64,000 nt of DNA from Escherichia phage vB_Eco_F27: the sequence record OP870146.1; one strand, 5' to 3'. The notes under the pieces were generated by a model, which saw only the letters and a list, made by a program, of their open reading frames with translations, did not search any database and was not told where the DNA came from. Positions 50,051 through 60,729 of this stretch are shown here, piece by piece. Numbering within the stretch: the stretch's first letter is position 1; each line of letters begins with the position of its first letter. A program made the translations under genes and the position numbers.

Positions 50051-51178
50051 ATGGAAAAATTTATGGCTAAGTTTGGACAAGGATACGTCCAAACGCCATT
50101 TTTATCGGAAAGCAATTCAGTACGATTTAAATTAAGCATAGCGGGCTCTTGCCCGCTATCAACATCTCCTGCTTATATTAAGTTCCATGATAATCCACTT
50201 GGGTCCCAGGTTTTTTCCGTTGGATTAAATGTTCGTGTAATAAATCCTACAACAGGTGCAGTAGTTGAATCTAAGTCATATAATTTCTCTACTGAAAACG
50301 ACGCCACGTCAAGTGCATTTGTTACTTTCATGGACACACATGCTTCAAATTTTATATTTGCTCTTGTTACTAACGCTAAAACAAACTTTCCACCCGAAGT
50401 TCTTGCATGGTTTACTAAAGCTGGGAGTTCTGCTATTCCATTAGCTCAACAAGTTTTAAATATAGTGGACATTTCTTATTCTGCATTTTATATTTCTGGT
50501 AAGAATGCTATAGCACTAGAACATATTAAGTATAGTAATAAGAAAACTTCAACCGACTATAGTACACCACTTGATGTTGTGTACGACACGATCGATGATA
50601 TTGGTGCTACCGGCTTCCCTAGTCGTACGTACGAATCGACAGACACATTTTTATCTGCTGTTGGAGGTACTAATAATGAAATTAAAAGGATGCCTACAAC
50701 ATCCCTTATTACACCTCTCACTGGGTATAAATTGAAGCCTGGAGATTTCCTTTATATGAAATTCCAACTAATGGCCGATGCTGATTTGTTAGCACAAGGG
50801 ACGACACGACTTTCTATTCGTTTCTTTAAATCTCCTTCTACTTCACCTATTTCATTTAAGGATATAAACTTTGATGGGGACGCAGGTGAATGGAAAATAT
50901 ATGAAGACTACATAGAAATTCCTGCTGGTGCTGACGGGTTCACGATTTATTGTTATCGTACAGCTCCAGTCGGGCAAGGTGGATTAAGAAACGTTATATT
51001 CACTGAAGTATCATGTAACGGAAGCGTTTCAAAACCTGCTGAGTTTGGTATAAATGGTATTCGTGTAAATTATGTTTCAGAATCTTTAAGTGCCCCGGAC
51101 ATAATGACATTACCTACTCAATCTTCAACTGATACTGGTAAGGTATTTGGACAAGAATTTAAAGAAGCATCAGAATAA
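50051..51178 (+). CDS. 35: long tail fibre hinge protein gp35
   Basis: ORF track 375 aa; synteny. Confidence 0.85.
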   Translation: MEKFMAKFGQGYVQTPFLSESNSVRFKLSIAGSCPLSTSPAYIKFHDNPLGSQVFSVGLNVRVINPTTGAVVESKSYNFSTENDATSSAFVTFMDTHASNFIFALVTNAKTNFPPEVLAWFTKAGSSAIPLAQQVLNIVDISYSAFYISGKNAIALEHIKYSNKKTSTDYSTPLDVVYDTIDDIGATGFPSRTYESTDTFLSAVGGTNNEIKRMPTTSLITPLTGYKLKPGDFLYMKFQLMADADLLAQGTTRLSIRFFKSPSTSPISFKDINFDGDAGEWKIYEDYIEIPAGADGFTIYCYRTAPVGQGGLRNVIFTEVSCNGSVSKPAEFGINGIRVNYVSESLSAPDIMTLPTQSSTDTGKVFGQEFKEASE

Positions 51179-51183
51179 ATTTA

Positions 51184-51201
51184 GGGAGACTTCGGTCTCC
51201 C
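51184..51201 (+). terminator. GGGAGAC-UUCG-GUCUCCC hairpin terminator after gene 35
   Basis: Same 18-nt hairpin; followed by AUUUUUG and then the gene 36 late promoter. Confidence 0.6.
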
Positions 51202-51207
51202 ATTTTT

Positions 51208-51215
51208 GTATAAAT
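51208..51215 (+). promoter_or_regulatory. late promoter TATAAATA (gene 36)
   Basis: Exact TATAAATA after the gene 35 terminator hairpin. Confidence 0.6.
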
Positions 51216-51240
51216 ATGGTATACATATAAGGAGACAACT

Positions 51241-51906
51241 ATGGCCGATTTAAAAGCTGGTAGTACAACTGGCGGTGCCGTTATATGGCATCAAGGTAAT
51301 TTCCCTTTAATGCCAGCAGGTGATGACGTCCTGTATAAAACGTTTAAACTCTATTCAGAATATAATAAACCACAAGCTGCTGATAACGATTTCGTTTCTA
51401 AAGCTAATGGTGGTACTTACGCTTCAAAGGTAACATTTAACAGTGGCGTGCAAATACCATATGCTATAAACAATACAAACCAAAGCGGTATTTTTCCTGG
51501 TAACGGTGATGCAGCTACTTTTGTTACAGCAAATATTGATATTGTTTCATGCTATGGTATTGGTTTTAAATCATCACAAGGAACAGCGGGTAGAACTGTA
51601 GTAATCAATACACGTAATGGTGATATTAATACAAAAGGCGTTGTGTCTGCTTCAGGACAAGTAAGAAGCGATATGACTGCTCCTATAGCAGCAAATGATC
51701 TCACAAGAAAAGATTATGTTGATGGACGAATAAATATTGTTACGGATAACGCAAATTCCCGTGTATTGCGTTCTGGCGATACCATGGCTGGTACTTTAAC
51801 AGCACCAAACTTTTTCTCACAGAATCCGGCGTCTGAGGCTAATCATGTTCCTCGTTTCGACCAGATTGTAATTAAAGATTCTGTTCAAGATTTCGGCTAT
51901 TATTAA
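51241..51906 (+). CDS. 36: long tail fibre distal connector gp36
   Basis: ORF track 221 aa; late promoter 51208-51215. Confidence 0.85.
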   Translation: MADLKAGSTTGGAVIWHQGNFPLMPAGDDVLYKTFKLYSEYNKPQAADNDFVSKANGGTYASKVTFNSGVQIPYAINNTNQSGIFPGNGDAATFVTANIDIVSCYGIGFKSSQGTAGRTVVINTRNGDINTKGVVSASGQVRSDMTAPIAANDLTRKDYVDGRINIVTDNANSRVLRSGDTMAGTLTAPNFFSQNPASEANHVPRFDQIVIKDSVQDFGYY

Positions 51907-51914
51907 GAGGACTT

Positions 51915-54900
51915 ATGGCTACATTAAAACAGATACAATTTAAAAGAAGCAAAGTAGCAGGAGTTAATCCTACTGCAGCACAATTAGCCGAAGGCGAATT
52001 AGCGATAAACTTAAAAGATCGAACTCTTTTTACCAAAGATGACCTCGGTAATATTATTAGCCTAGGCTTTGCTAAGGGCGGGGATATTAACGGTAATGTA
52101 ACTCATGTAGGTAACTATACTCAGACAGGTACATTTAATTTAATAGGCTCACAAAATGTTGCATCTGGTGGATATATCGAATTTGCTTATAAGGCCACCG
52201 GAGTTGGTTCTTGGGCCGGTCAACACACGGCAAAAGCCCCTATTTTCATGGATATTTCCGCATCAACCGCTACTTCAGAATATAACCCGTTAATTAAGCA
52301 ACGTTATAAAGATGGTACTTTCTCATTAGGGACCTTAGTTAATGAAGGCTCAATGAAGATGCATTATATTGATGAAACAGGCACTTCGAAATATTGGACC
52401 TTTAACCGTAATGGTAATTTTCAAGTTGATTCCGGAAATTTATTAGTAGCTAATGGATATTTAGTTACTCAAAGTAATATTGAAACTAAAGCTGGTTCTT
52501 TAATTGGTCCTAAAGTTATTACCAAAAATATCAATGTGAGCACTAAATCTTGGGACACTAATATTGATACTGCATATGATTTAGTTTCATTACCGACTTG
52601 GCAGTATACTCCAACCGAAACGGATTTGGATACTAATGGTATAAACTACCTTCGTAAATTCCGCGGACATGTTTCTTCTGCTATTTTCCATGAAATTGCC
52701 GATGCTCGTTCAGGTAAACCACAGAATATTTCATATTGGACTGGACGCAATGCTGAAGTTTATCAATGGTCTTATACCACCGACGGGCGTATGTCTGTTG
52801 CTAATTCGATAGGTGTAGGTCTTGCCGATGTCGGCTCCCAAGGGCGTTATCCTTTGGCAACATTTGGTAAAGGTATTGCAATTGGTGATAATGACACTGG
52901 TGTTAAATGGGTTCGTGACGGTGTTATTGATTTGGTTGCTAATGGCATTTCGGCGGGTACAATAAACAGCAATGGTATTAACAGTACTAAAAAATTGATG
53001 GTTGGTTATAGCCGTGATTCCGGAACTACATGGGATTACCCAAATAACAACCAAGCAATGTTTACTGCGCGTACCGATGTTGATGGTAATAATAATGGTG
53101 ATGGTCAAACTCATATCGGTTATAGCAGTAATTCTAAAATGTATCACTATTTCCGTGGCACGGGTCGTATGTCCATTAGTATGGGTGATGGGCTTCTTGT
53201 TGAGCCTGGCATTTTAGATATTAAAACCGGTTCAAATTCGTTAAATTTGCGTGCTGATGGTACCATCGCTTCTGTTCAAACATTAAAACTTAATAATGGA
53301 TTATATTTTAATGGTGATGGAACTAATGCTTCTCTAGTTTTTAAAGCAGCTTCAGGTATTGATGGCACTAAGCAAATTTTGTGGGAAGGCGGTACTCGTG
53401 CTGGTCAGAATAAAAGCTATGTAACTGTTAAAGCATGGGGTAATTCATTTAACGCATCTGGCGATCGTAATCGTGAAACGGTTTTTGAAGTATCAGATGG
53501 GCAAGGATATTATTTTTATTCACAGCGTGTGGCTCCAAGTGGCTCTGAAACTACTGGGCCTGTTGTAACGCAGTTCAATGGACAAGTTAATGCTAGAGGA
53601 AGTATTATTACTGACGGAAGTTTTAAAGTTAATGGATTAAGCACTTTAAATGGTGCAGTTACCATGAGCAATGGACTTAATTTAACAGGCGGTTCTTCTA
53701 TCACAGGTCAAGTTAAAATTGGTGGAACAGCAGATGCATTAAGAATTTGGGATGCTGAATATGGTGCTATTTTCCGTCGTTCTGAAGATAAATTTTATAT
53801 AATTCCGACCCCAAAGGACGCTGGCGGAACTGGTGGTATTTCCAACCTTCGTCCATTTACCATGACTCTTAGTACTGGTAAAATGGAATTTAAACATGAT
53901 GTTGGACTTGGTGATAACGGCTCCGGCGGAAGCATATTATTTGTAGATAACACTAACAAAGCCACTACTAATAATGGTCGTTTATACGTTAATATGTCAA
54001 GTGATGCTATAGTGCTTAATGCTCCTACACAAGAAACATCTAACTTTATCCAAGGACGCAAAGCTAACGTCACTAAATGGTATGTTGGTATTGGCGACAG
54101 CGGTGATTCTGTTCGTATGCATAGTTATGCATATTCCCACGGCTTGGTATTAAGTGCTAACTCCGTTGATATTACTAAACCTCTTAAAGTCGGAAATGCT
54201 CAATTCGGTACTGATGGTAATATCACCGGTGGTTCTGGTAATTTTGCTAACTTGAATACCACAATAAATAACCTTAAGACGGATATTGTCTCAAGTTATC
54301 CTATTGGTGCTCCGATTCCTTGGCCTACTGATACACCTCCTGAAGGTTATGCCATAATGGAAGGTCAAACATTTGATGCTGGCTTGTATCCTAAGTTAGC
54401 TGCGGTGTATCCTTCCGGCGCTCTGCCTGATATGCGTGGTCAAACTATCAAGGGTAAACCATCTGGGCGTGCTGTATTGAGTACAGAAGCAGACGGTGTT
54501 AAGTCACATAGCCATAGTGCAAGTGCATCAAGCACAGATTTGGGTACTAAGACCACTTCTAGTTTTGATTACGGTAGCAAAACGACTTCAAGCTTTGATT
54601 ATGGTACTAAGACCAGTAATACCACTGGCAACCATAACCATACAGTGAGTGGTAATACTAGCGCAGCAGGTAACCACCAGCACTCACAGACCGGTCCAAG
54701 GGGTCCTAATAACCAACCGACCGGGATATTTCCTAATGGGGCTACTCTAATTAGTGGAACCCAGGTTGTTGGTTTTGGCCTAAGCAACGGTGTCGTGCCT
54801 GGTTCAAGCCAATATATTGCAAAGTCATCGACAGAAGGTAACCATACCCACTCTTGGTCAGGAACTACTAGCGCTACGGGTAACCATGCCCACACCGTTG

Positions 54901-55055
54901 GTATTGGTGCCCATACACATACTGTAGGTATTGGTGCCCACTCTCATTCGGTAGCGATTGGTTCCCATGGACATACAATAACTGTAAATGCCACAGGAAA
55001 TACAGAAAACACAGTTAAAAACGTTGCTTTTAACTATATCGTTCGTTTAGCATAA
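51915..55055 (+). CDS. 37: long tail fibre distal subunit gp37 (receptor-binding)
   Basis: ORF track 1046 aa; C-terminal His-x-His repeats ([53 protein letters not shown]) typical of the metal-binding tip. Confidence 0.9.
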   Translation: MATLKQIQFKRSKVAGVNPTAAQLAEGELAINLKDRTLFTKDDLGNIISLGFAKGGDINGNVTHVGNYTQTGTFNLIGSQNVASGGYIEFAYKATGVGSWAGQHTAKAPIFMDISASTATSEYNPLIKQRYKDGTFSLGTLVNEGSMKMHYIDETGTSKYWTFNRNGNFQVDSGNLLVANGYLVTQSNIETKAGSLIGPKVITKNINVSTKSWDTNIDTAYDLVSLPTWQYTPTETDLDTNGINYLRKFRGHVSSAIFHEIADARSGKPQNISYWTGRNAEVYQWSYTTDGRMSVANSIGVGLADVGSQGRYPLATFGKGIAIGDNDTGVKWVRDGVIDLVANGISAGTINSNGINSTKKLMVGYSRDSGTTWDYPNNNQAMFTARTDVDGNNNGDGQTHIGYSSNSKMYHYFRGTGRMSISMGDGLLVEPGILDIKTGSNSLNLRADGTIASVQTLKLNNGLYFNGDGTNASLVFKAASGIDGTKQILWEGGTRAGQNKSYVTVKAWGNSFNASGDRNRETVFEVSDGQGYYFYSQRVAPSGSETTGPVVTQFNGQVNARGSIITDGSFKVNGLSTLNGAVTMSNGLNLTGGSSITGQVKIGGTADALRIWDAEYGAIFRRSEDKFYIIPTPKDAGGTGGISNLRPFTMTLSTGKMEFKHDVGLGDNGSGGSILFVDNTNKATTNNGRLYVNMSSDAIVLNAPTQETSNFIQGRKANVTKWYVGIGDSGDSVRMHSYAYSHGLVLSANSVDITKPLKVGNAQFGTDGNITGGSGNFANLNTTINNLKTDIVSSYPIGAPIPWPTDTPPEGYAIMEGQTFDAGLYPKLAAVYPSGALPDMRGQTIKGKPSGRAVLSTEADGVKSHSHSASASSTDLGTKTTSSFDYGSKTTSSFDYGTKTSNTTGNHNHTVSGNTSAAGNHQHSQTGPRGPNNQPTGIFPNGATLISGTQVVGFGLSNGVVPGSSQYIAKSSTEGNHTHSWSGTTSATGNHAHTVGIGAHTHTVGIGAHSHSVAIGSHGHTITVNATGNTENTVKNVAFNYIVRLA

Positions 55056-55060
55056 GGAGA

Positions 55061-55080
55061 AGGGACTTCTGTCCCTTTTT
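55061..55080 (+). terminator. hairpin terminator after gene 37 (AGGGAC-UUCU-GUCCCU-UUUUU)
   Basis: Stem-loop plus U-tract immediately after the gene 37 stop. Confidence 0.55.
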
Positions 55081-55085
55081 ATAAT

Positions 55086-55637
55086 ATGAAACTCTATCAC
55101 TATTATTTTGACACTAAAGAATTTTACAAAGAAGAAAATTATAAACCATTAAAAGGCGTAGGATTTCCGGCTCATTCGACACCAAAAAAACCTTTAGACC
55201 CTAAAGAAGGCTATGCTGTTGTATTTGATGAACGCGAACAAGAATGGGTGTATGTTGAAGACCATCGTGGAAAAACAGTATGGACTTATGATAAGCAAAA
55301 AATTGTTATTGACACTCCAGGTGCTCTTCAAAATGTTACTACAGAAGAACCTGGTGAATTTGACATTTGGACCGACGACGGGTGGAAGGAAGATGAAGCA
55401 TATAAACGCGTAGTTCAACGTGATAAGAAAATTCATGAACTCTATAAATTATTCAGTGTTTTAAGTTCTCTTATTGACGCAGAGGTTGCTAATAGAGAAG
55501 AAAAACTAAAATTTAAAGAGCTCAAAAAATTCTTTGCCCTTTTAGAAAAACATGAACATCTTGGCGGCGAATTCCCTAAATTCCCTGACCTTGAAAACAA
55601 ATCTATTGTCAAAGCGATTATAAATATCTTTAAGTAA
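55086..55637 (+). CDS. 38: tail fibre assembly chaperone gp38 (T4 type)
   Basis: ORF track 183 aa; translation recognised as T4 gp38. Confidence 0.85.
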   Translation: MKLYHYYFDTKEFYKEENYKPLKGVGFPAHSTPKKPLDPKEGYAVVFDEREQEWVYVEDHRGKTVWTYDKQKIVIDTPGALQNVTTEEPGEFDIWTDDGWKEDEAYKRVVQRDKKIHELYKLFSVLSSLIDAEVANREEKLKFKELKKFFALLEKHEHLGGEFPKFPDLENKSIVKAIINIFK

Positions 55638-55646
55638 GGAGGTATT

Positions 55647-56306
55647 ATGGCAACACCAAAAGTATCATTTTCGCCTAGTGATATTCTATTTGGGTTGCTA
55701 GATCGTATTTTCAAAGATAACGCTACTGGAAAGGTTTTAATGTCCCGAGTAGCGGTAATTATTCTTTTGTTCCTAATGGCACTAATATGGTACAAAGGAA
55801 GTATTTTGCTGGATTATTATGTAAGAGCTAAGTATGATACTTATACTGAAATAATCCAAAAAGAACGAGCTTTACGTTTTGAATCTGCGGCTCTAGAACA
55901 ACTGCAAATAGTTCATATCTCATCTGGTGCAGATTTTAGTGCTGTGTATTCTTTCAGACCTAAAAACTTAAATTATTTTGTCGACCTTATAGCTTATGAA
56001 GGCAAACTACCTAGCACAATTTCTGAAAAGTCCCTTGGCGGATTCCCGGTGGATAAAACGGCCAATGAATATATAATTCATTTAAGTGGCCGTCATTTCT
56101 CATCTAAATCAGAATTTGCATTTTTGCCTACAAAATCTAAGACTGCCGAACTTTCTTATATGTATAGTTGTCCATACTTTAATTTGGATAACATCTATGC
56201 CGGAACTGTAACGATGTATTGGTATAAGGGGAATAATATACTTGAGGAAGACCGCTTAGCGGCTATATGCAACCAAGCGGTCCGAATACTAGGAAGGGCT
56301 AAATAA
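55647..56306 (+). CDS. t: holin T
   Basis: ORF track 219 aa; single N-terminal TM plus large periplasmic domain; translation recognised as T4 holin. Confidence 0.9.
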   Translation: MATPKVSFSPSDILFGLLDRIFKDNATGKVLMSRVAVIILLFLMALIWYKGSILLDYYVRAKYDTYTEIIQKERALRFESAALEQLQIVHISSGADFSAVYSFRPKNLNYFVDLIAYEGKLPSTISEKSLGGFPVDKTANEYIIHLSGRHFSSKSEFAFLPTKSKTAELSYMYSCPYFNLDNIYAGTVTMYWYKGNNILEEDRLAAICNQAVRILGRAK

Positions 56307-56579
56307 TTAGTTGTTAGAATACATCGCTAAATGACGATAAATATTTTCAAAACCTTCATTGAATTCACTAATCAGTGTTTTCTTTTCTTCGGCAGTTAAA
56401 TTTGTAATTAGTTTTCTAAAAGAATTCTGATTTAGCTGCCGACCATCTTTTTTAATTCCAATCTCATTCAAGAATCCGATGAAACTTGCTCGGTCTTCAA
56501 CAATATCTTCCCTAGAGAATTTAATCAAAATAGAAGCAATAGTAATAATTTCACGTACGATTTCAATGTCTTTATTCAT
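56307..56579 (-). CDS. asiA: anti-sigma70 factor AsiA
   Basis: ORF track 90 aa; translation (MNKDIEIVREIITIASILIKFSREDIVEDRASFIGFLNEIG...) recognised as T4 AsiA. Confidence 0.9.
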   Translation of the reverse strand: MNKDIEIVREIITIASILIKFSREDIVEDRASFIGFLNEIGIKKDGRQLNQNSFRKLITNLTAEEKKTLISEFNEGFENIYRHLAMYSNN

Positions 56580-56625
56580 AACGTTTTATTCATTCCACTT
56601 AGTTGATATGGATATAGTACCATTA

Positions 56626-56787
56626 TCAGTGTTGATTGTAAACGGCTTTTTCTACGCTTTTAACGTAATCAATGTAGTCTTCCTGTTCGTACGAGTGTAA
56701 GGCCAAGAACTGAACTAATAGTTCATTATAGACTAAAGCCTCACGCTCACGTTCGGCCTCTACTACGTTCTGAAGATTATGACTCAT
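56626..56787 (-). CDS. hypothetical small protein, 53 aa
   Basis: ORF track frame; start placed at MSHNLQ with AAGGAA RBS. Confidence 0.4.
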   Translation of the reverse strand: MSHNLQNVVEAEREREALVYNELLVQFLALHSYEQEDYIDYVKSVEKAVYNQH

Positions 56788-57076
56788 ATCGTTCCTTATA
56801 ACTATCAATATAGTCCTGTATGTCGAAAAACGACATTTCATATTCTAGGGCGTTAAGAGCCCGTTCTTCAGTATAGTCAGAACCAAAGACGATAGTGATT
56901 TCACCAGGCTTCATGTGATTGAAATCGACACTAAAAGGAATACGAGAACATACTTCGTCTGCCATATCTACGATAACACTACGACACACTTCTCGGTTAA
57001 CCTGATAAAGCTCTGCAAGTTCTTCACATCGAATAACAAGTTCAGTGGCAGGATTTTCTTTGATTTTAGTAAGCAT
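56777..57076 (-). CDS. acidic protein, possibly Arn-like (anti-restriction), by position and composition
   Basis: ORF track 99 aa, strongly acidic; lies in the asiA-motA interval where T4 has arn. Confidence 0.35.
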   Translation of the reverse strand: MLTKIKENPATELVIRCEELAELYQVNREVCRSVIVDMADEVCSRIPFSVDFNHMKPGEITIVFGSDYTEERALNALEYEMSFFDIQDYIDSYKERYES

Positions 57077-57150
57077 AGTCTTTACCCTTATGTTTTTGTT
57101 TACGTTTAGATTGAAGTTCTGATTTCTTCTTGTCCTTATGGACGGAAGCC

Positions 57151-57378
57151 TTATTGAAATCGTGTTTTGCTACAAGATTGTTCATAATGCTTTATAACCT
57201 CGTTTAAACATTTATCGGTAAAAGAAAACTTTTTAGCCACAGAACATTCGATAATGTGCTCTTTCAAATCTTTAGAGTCGGTATAACCCATCTCAGTAAT
57301 AAAGTGGCGAATTAAAGCTTTATTCTTATCATTAACAGAATTAAAATAATCTGCTTTAGAATCAATTATTCTCATCAT
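57151..57378 (-). CDS. hypothetical protein
   Basis: ORF track 75 aa. Confidence 0.45.
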   Translation of the reverse strand: MMRIIDSKADYFNSVNDKNKALIRHFITEMGYTDSKDLKEHIIECSVAKKFSFTDKCLNEVIKHYEQSCSKTRFQ

Positions 57379-57643
57379 CTAATTTCCTTAATTGATATTG
57401 CAACGAGCTAATAATTTCTTCGTTCATTTTAATATACATGTCGCGCAAGAAAGGTTTTAACCCATCACGAATAATTGCTAACGTATCACCTTTACATAAA
57501 TTAACCAAATAAGGATGGTCTAAAGCATCCCAACCAGGCTGATTAGCATACATACCATAATTTTCTTCCATCATATGATTAAGACGTTTGATATCTTGGA
57601 TACGTGATTCAATAGCATCTTTCTGGAGTTGTTTAATATTCAT
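57362..57643 (-). CDS. hypothetical protein
   Basis: ORF track 93 aa. Confidence 0.45.
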   Translation of the reverse strand: MNIKQLQKDAIESRIQDIKRLNHMMEENYGMYANQPGWDALDHPYLVNLCKGDTLAIIRDGLKPFLRDMYIKMNEEIISSLQYQLRKLDDENN

Positions 57644-58104
57644 TAGTAAAGGTCCTCTGAATAAAGTTCTTTCTCACTTCCACCACGTTCAATACGTACC
57701 TGTCCAGCATATGTTGCAATAATCATTGCTTCTTCACGTGTCCAGTAATTAGAGTATTGGTCAATAAAGCCTTGGTCGTCGCCACAAACTTGTTGTGAGA
57801 CTAATTGAGGACCAACTATATCAAGTACTTCAGCCATATCTTTAGAGTAATGACGAACTCCAGGAATAACCAGAGTTCCACCGCTCTTCAATTTAAACCT
57901 ATTAGCTGCACATACTATAACACGTTGAACTTTTTGGTCATTGTTCCAATAGCACGTTTGCCAACAGATTTCAGGAACTTCATTCATTACATCATCAGCA
58001 GAATAATTATAACAGTAGGACTGGAATTTTTCTGCTAGACTTTCAGGAGTCTCACGAGACAAGGCCAAATCTAATAGCTCTAAACGTTCTTTAAATGATT
58101 TCAT
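57643..58104 (-). CDS. hypothetical protein, 153 aa
   Basis: ORF track; ATGA coupling. Confidence 0.5.
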   Translation of the reverse strand: MKSFKERLELLDLALSRETPESLAEKFQSYCYNYSADDVMNEVPEICWQTCYWNNDQKVQRVIVCAANRFKLKSGGTLVIPGVRHYSKDMAEVLDIVGPQLVSQQVCGDDQGFIDQYSNYWTREEAMIIATYAGQVRIERGGSEKELYSEDLY

Positions 58105-58430
58105 TTAAACCATTCCTTAATACGTTGCCAAATAGATTTTTGTGCTTGTTTATTTACACCAATCGAACGAATAACCGGTTGTGACTGCTGGTATTCTTTA
58201 TAATCTTCTTTATAGATTTCGTAAGCTGCATCAACAAATGAACTGATCGCTGCCATGTAGTTTTTATGAAGGCCAAATGGCGCGTCATTATTTTCACGAA
58301 TAACCATATATTGGCCTGCTTTAATCTTTACAATTGTCCCTAAATAAGCCCCGTGGTACCAAATATCCCATCCTTCCTGAGTAGGTTCTGCGCATTTACG
58401 AAGTTCGTTAATAATATTCAGCTTATTCAT
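58101..58430 (-). CDS. hypothetical protein (motA.1 position)
   Basis: ORF track 109 aa. Confidence 0.5.
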   Translation of the reverse strand: MNKLNIINELRKCAEPTQEGWDIWYHGAYLGTIVKIKAGQYMVIRENNDAPFGLHKNYMAAISSFVDAAYEIYKEDYKEYQQSQPVIRSIGVNKQAQKSIWQRIKEWFK

Positions 58431-58440
58431 TATGTATTCC

Positions 58441-59073
58441 TCACAGTACGTTAGTTACAAGGGTAATGATTTCTTTGGACACATTAGGGAAGTCAATGTA
58501 AGTATATTTACCACCGATCTTAATCTTAACATCATTTTCAAGAGAAGTAAACAGCTTTGATTCAGTTTCTGACATGTTGTATGCAAAGATTCTAAGAGAA
58601 CCATCTCGACGAATTTCGATTTGGCGAATACCTAGAACTCGTTTTGCAAATCGAACTTCCAAGTTACTACGGTTTTCACCAATTTCCTTAACTTCAACTT
58701 TATCTTTAATATTTTCAAAAACAAAGTTTGCTAGTTCATGCATTTCAGGAGTAACTCCACGTGCTTTTCTAGTGTTACGTTTCTGAAGAAGTTCTGGAGC
58801 ATTTTCTTGGGCAAAGAGGTCTGCAGCTTTTTGGATAATATCCATTGCTTCGCCTGTTGCTACAAGTCCATCACCGGATTTTTCGACTAAACCTTTCTTA
58901 ATCAATACACCAATGTTAGAGTTAACAACCGATGCATTGTATTCCGCTTCCAGAGCTTCACGGACATTGGCAGCAGTGGTGAAGTTGTTCTTAATGATAT
59001 AAACCATTATTGCAGCAGTTTTTTCATTCAGAGCGTTTTCAGAAGCTTTGATGATGTAAGTAACTTTAGACAT
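58441..59073 (-). CDS. motA: MotA middle-transcription activator
   Basis: ORF track 210 aa; translation start MSKVTYIIKAS recognised as MotA; early promoter 59114-59141. Confidence 0.88.
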   Translation of the reverse strand: MSKVTYIIKASENALNEKTAAIMVYIIKNNFTTAANVREALEAEYNASVVNSNIGVLIKKGLVEKSGDGLVATGEAMDIIQKAADLFAQENAPELLQKRNTRKARGVTPEMHELANFVFENIKDKVEVKEIGENRSNLEVRFAKRVLGIRQIEIRRDGSLRIFAYNMSETESKLFTSLENDVKIKIGGKYTYIDFPNVSKEIITLVTNVL

Positions 59074-59113
59074 TTTATTTCTCCAATTTGGTTGTTTTGT
59101 TTTGATAGGTCTA

Positions 59114-59141
59114 TAATATCATGTTTGAAGCACATGTAAAC
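59114..59141 (-). promoter_or_regulatory. T4 early-type promoter (motA)
   Basis: GTTTACatgtgcttcaaacatgaTATTAT on minus strand. Confidence 0.5.
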
Positions 59142-59166
59142 TGTTTTGTGAGAAAAATGCACAAAA

Positions 59167-59182
59167 GGGAGCCGAAGCTCCC
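59167..59182 (-). terminator. UUCG hairpin terminator after gene 52
   Basis: Minus strand GGGAGC-UUCG-GCUCCC followed by UUUUGUGCAUUUUUCUC. Confidence 0.55.
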
Positions 59183-59258
59183 TAATCATGTTTGTCCAAC
59201 CAATACAGCCAAATCACTAGTGCAGCTATTGCACTGAGAAATCCTAAGGCTAGGGCAC

Positions 59259-60584
59259 TCAAAGTGCCTCCAAGTCTTTAGTGTACTCTGTCACAACATC
59301 AGTAGACTTCCAATACTCATTTTCTTCTTTCTTAGCTTTAGCTTCTTCTGCCAGTTTACGCGCTTCGTCGGAAGTGATATGGAAGATGTTAAGACCTACC
59401 AGTTTATCGACATGTTCTTTATACATTTCGATTTGTGCTAGCTCTTCAGTCAAAGCTTTACGGGTCTTGCCCTGAATCACAATTTCGCCACTGATAACTT
59501 TTTTGATGAAGTGTGCCTTAGCAAAAGCAAGTTTAAATGCTTTTTCAGATTCAAGGATTTTGTTGTCAATACGTTTCTGAACGTAAGTCTTACGGACTTC
59601 AACAAAATCTTTGATTAAGTCCACTACGTTATCGTAGACCGCTAATTTACCCTTTTCATTAATCACTGTGATGTTTTGTGAACGACGTTCGATGAGACTA
59701 AAATCTTTCATGATTTTTTCATGACGTAGCTCTTCATCATCAGGAAGCGAGTACTCTTTACGGAACTTCACCTTAAATCCAAAGCCGTGTTCACCACAAT
59801 CATCTTCCCATGAGATTAGACCTTTGTCTTCCAACGGGTCAAGAACCTTACTCACATACGTTTCACGGTCGAATTTATATGGGATTTCAGTTATCTGCAT
59901 TTGAGTGCGAGATGTGAACTTATATGTTCCGTGAATCTCATAACGCCCATCAACTTCATGCACTTCACCACGGAATTCCGGGAATTCAACTTTTGGCTTA
60001 GTGACATTTTTACCTTGAAGAGCTTGTAATACAGCCTTTTTTACCGATTTAAAACTATGAGGCAGAATATTTGTTGCGTAACCGGTTGCAATACCAGAGA
60101 CGCCATTCAAAAGAACTGTCGGAATAATAGGAAGATAGAATTTTGGTGGAATGTGTTCTTTATCTTCATGAGCTGGAGCATATTCAGTATCTTTATATAC
60201 GTTATAGAAATTTTTACTTACACGAGCAAAAATATAACGAGATGCTGCAGCTTTTTGGACTGTTCTAGAACCAAAGTTGCCTTGGCCATCTAACAGTGGA
60301 TAGTTGTTGTTCCATGTGTTAGCCATTAATGCACCTGCATCTTGTGCAGAAGATTCACCATGATGATAACCTAAATCTGCAACACCGCCTGCAATTGACG
60401 CAAGTTTATGAAATTTTTCTTTATTACCACGAGCCAAATCTAACGCACGATGGACCACAAAACGTTGAACCGGCTTAAATCCATCAATCATGTTTGGGAT
60501 TGCACGGTTTTCAACGGTGTACATCGCATATGCTAAGGCTTCGTTATCAATAATACTTTTTAGATTACGAGAATTCAATTGCAT
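59259..60584 (-). CDS. 52: DNA topoisomerase II medium subunit gp52
   Basis: ORF track 441 aa; translation recognised as T4 gp52. Confidence 0.95.
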   Translation of the reverse strand: MQLNSRNLKSIIDNEALAYAMYTVENRAIPNMIDGFKPVQRFVVHRALDLARGNKEKFHKLASIAGGVADLGYHHGESSAQDAGALMANTWNNNYPLLDGQGNFGSRTVQKAAASRYIFARVSKNFYNVYKDTEYAPAHEDKEHIPPKFYLPIIPTVLLNGVSGIATGYATNILPHSFKSVKKAVLQALQGKNVTKPKVEFPEFRGEVHEVDGRYEIHGTYKFTSRTQMQITEIPYKFDRETYVSKVLDPLEDKGLISWEDDCGEHGFGFKVKFRKEYSLPDDEELRHEKIMKDFSLIERRSQNITVINEKGKLAVYDNVVDLIKDFVEVRKTYVQKRIDNKILESEKAFKLAFAKAHFIKKVISGEIVIQGKTRKALTEELAQIEMYKEHVDKLVGLNIFHITSDEARKLAEEAKAKKEENEYWKSTDVVTEYTKDLEAL

Positions 60585-60588
60585 ATTT

Positions 60589-60729
60589 TCACCATATTAA
60601 TGAACGAATAACCATTATAACATCTGAAATGAAAAGCACTACTTGGATTAGGCCGAACATCACACCGTAGTACAGAACCGTAAGCAACAACAAGAGCCCG
60701 AAGGCTCCTGCTAAGATTTTCTTAATCAT
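60589..60729 (-). CDS. small hydrophobic membrane peptide, 46 aa
   Basis: Hand translation MIKKILAGAFGLLLLLTVLYYGVMFGLIQVVLFISDVIMVIRSLIW; TAATG coupling to upstream peptide; below ORF-track size cutoff. Confidence 0.45.
   Translation of the reverse strand: MIKKILAGAFGLLLLLTVLYYGVMFGLIQVVLFISDVIMVIRSLIW

Noticed and set aside
54535-54990. Repeat structure in gene 37 as a possible CRISPR array or non-coding repeat
   Set aside because: Repeats are in frame and encode the His-x-His fibre tip; no spacer/repeat periodicity typical of CRISPR
60700-60718. GAGCC-CGAA-GGCUC hairpin as a terminator
   Set aside because: Lies inside the coding frame of the 46-aa membrane peptide (encodes GAFGL); likely coincidental
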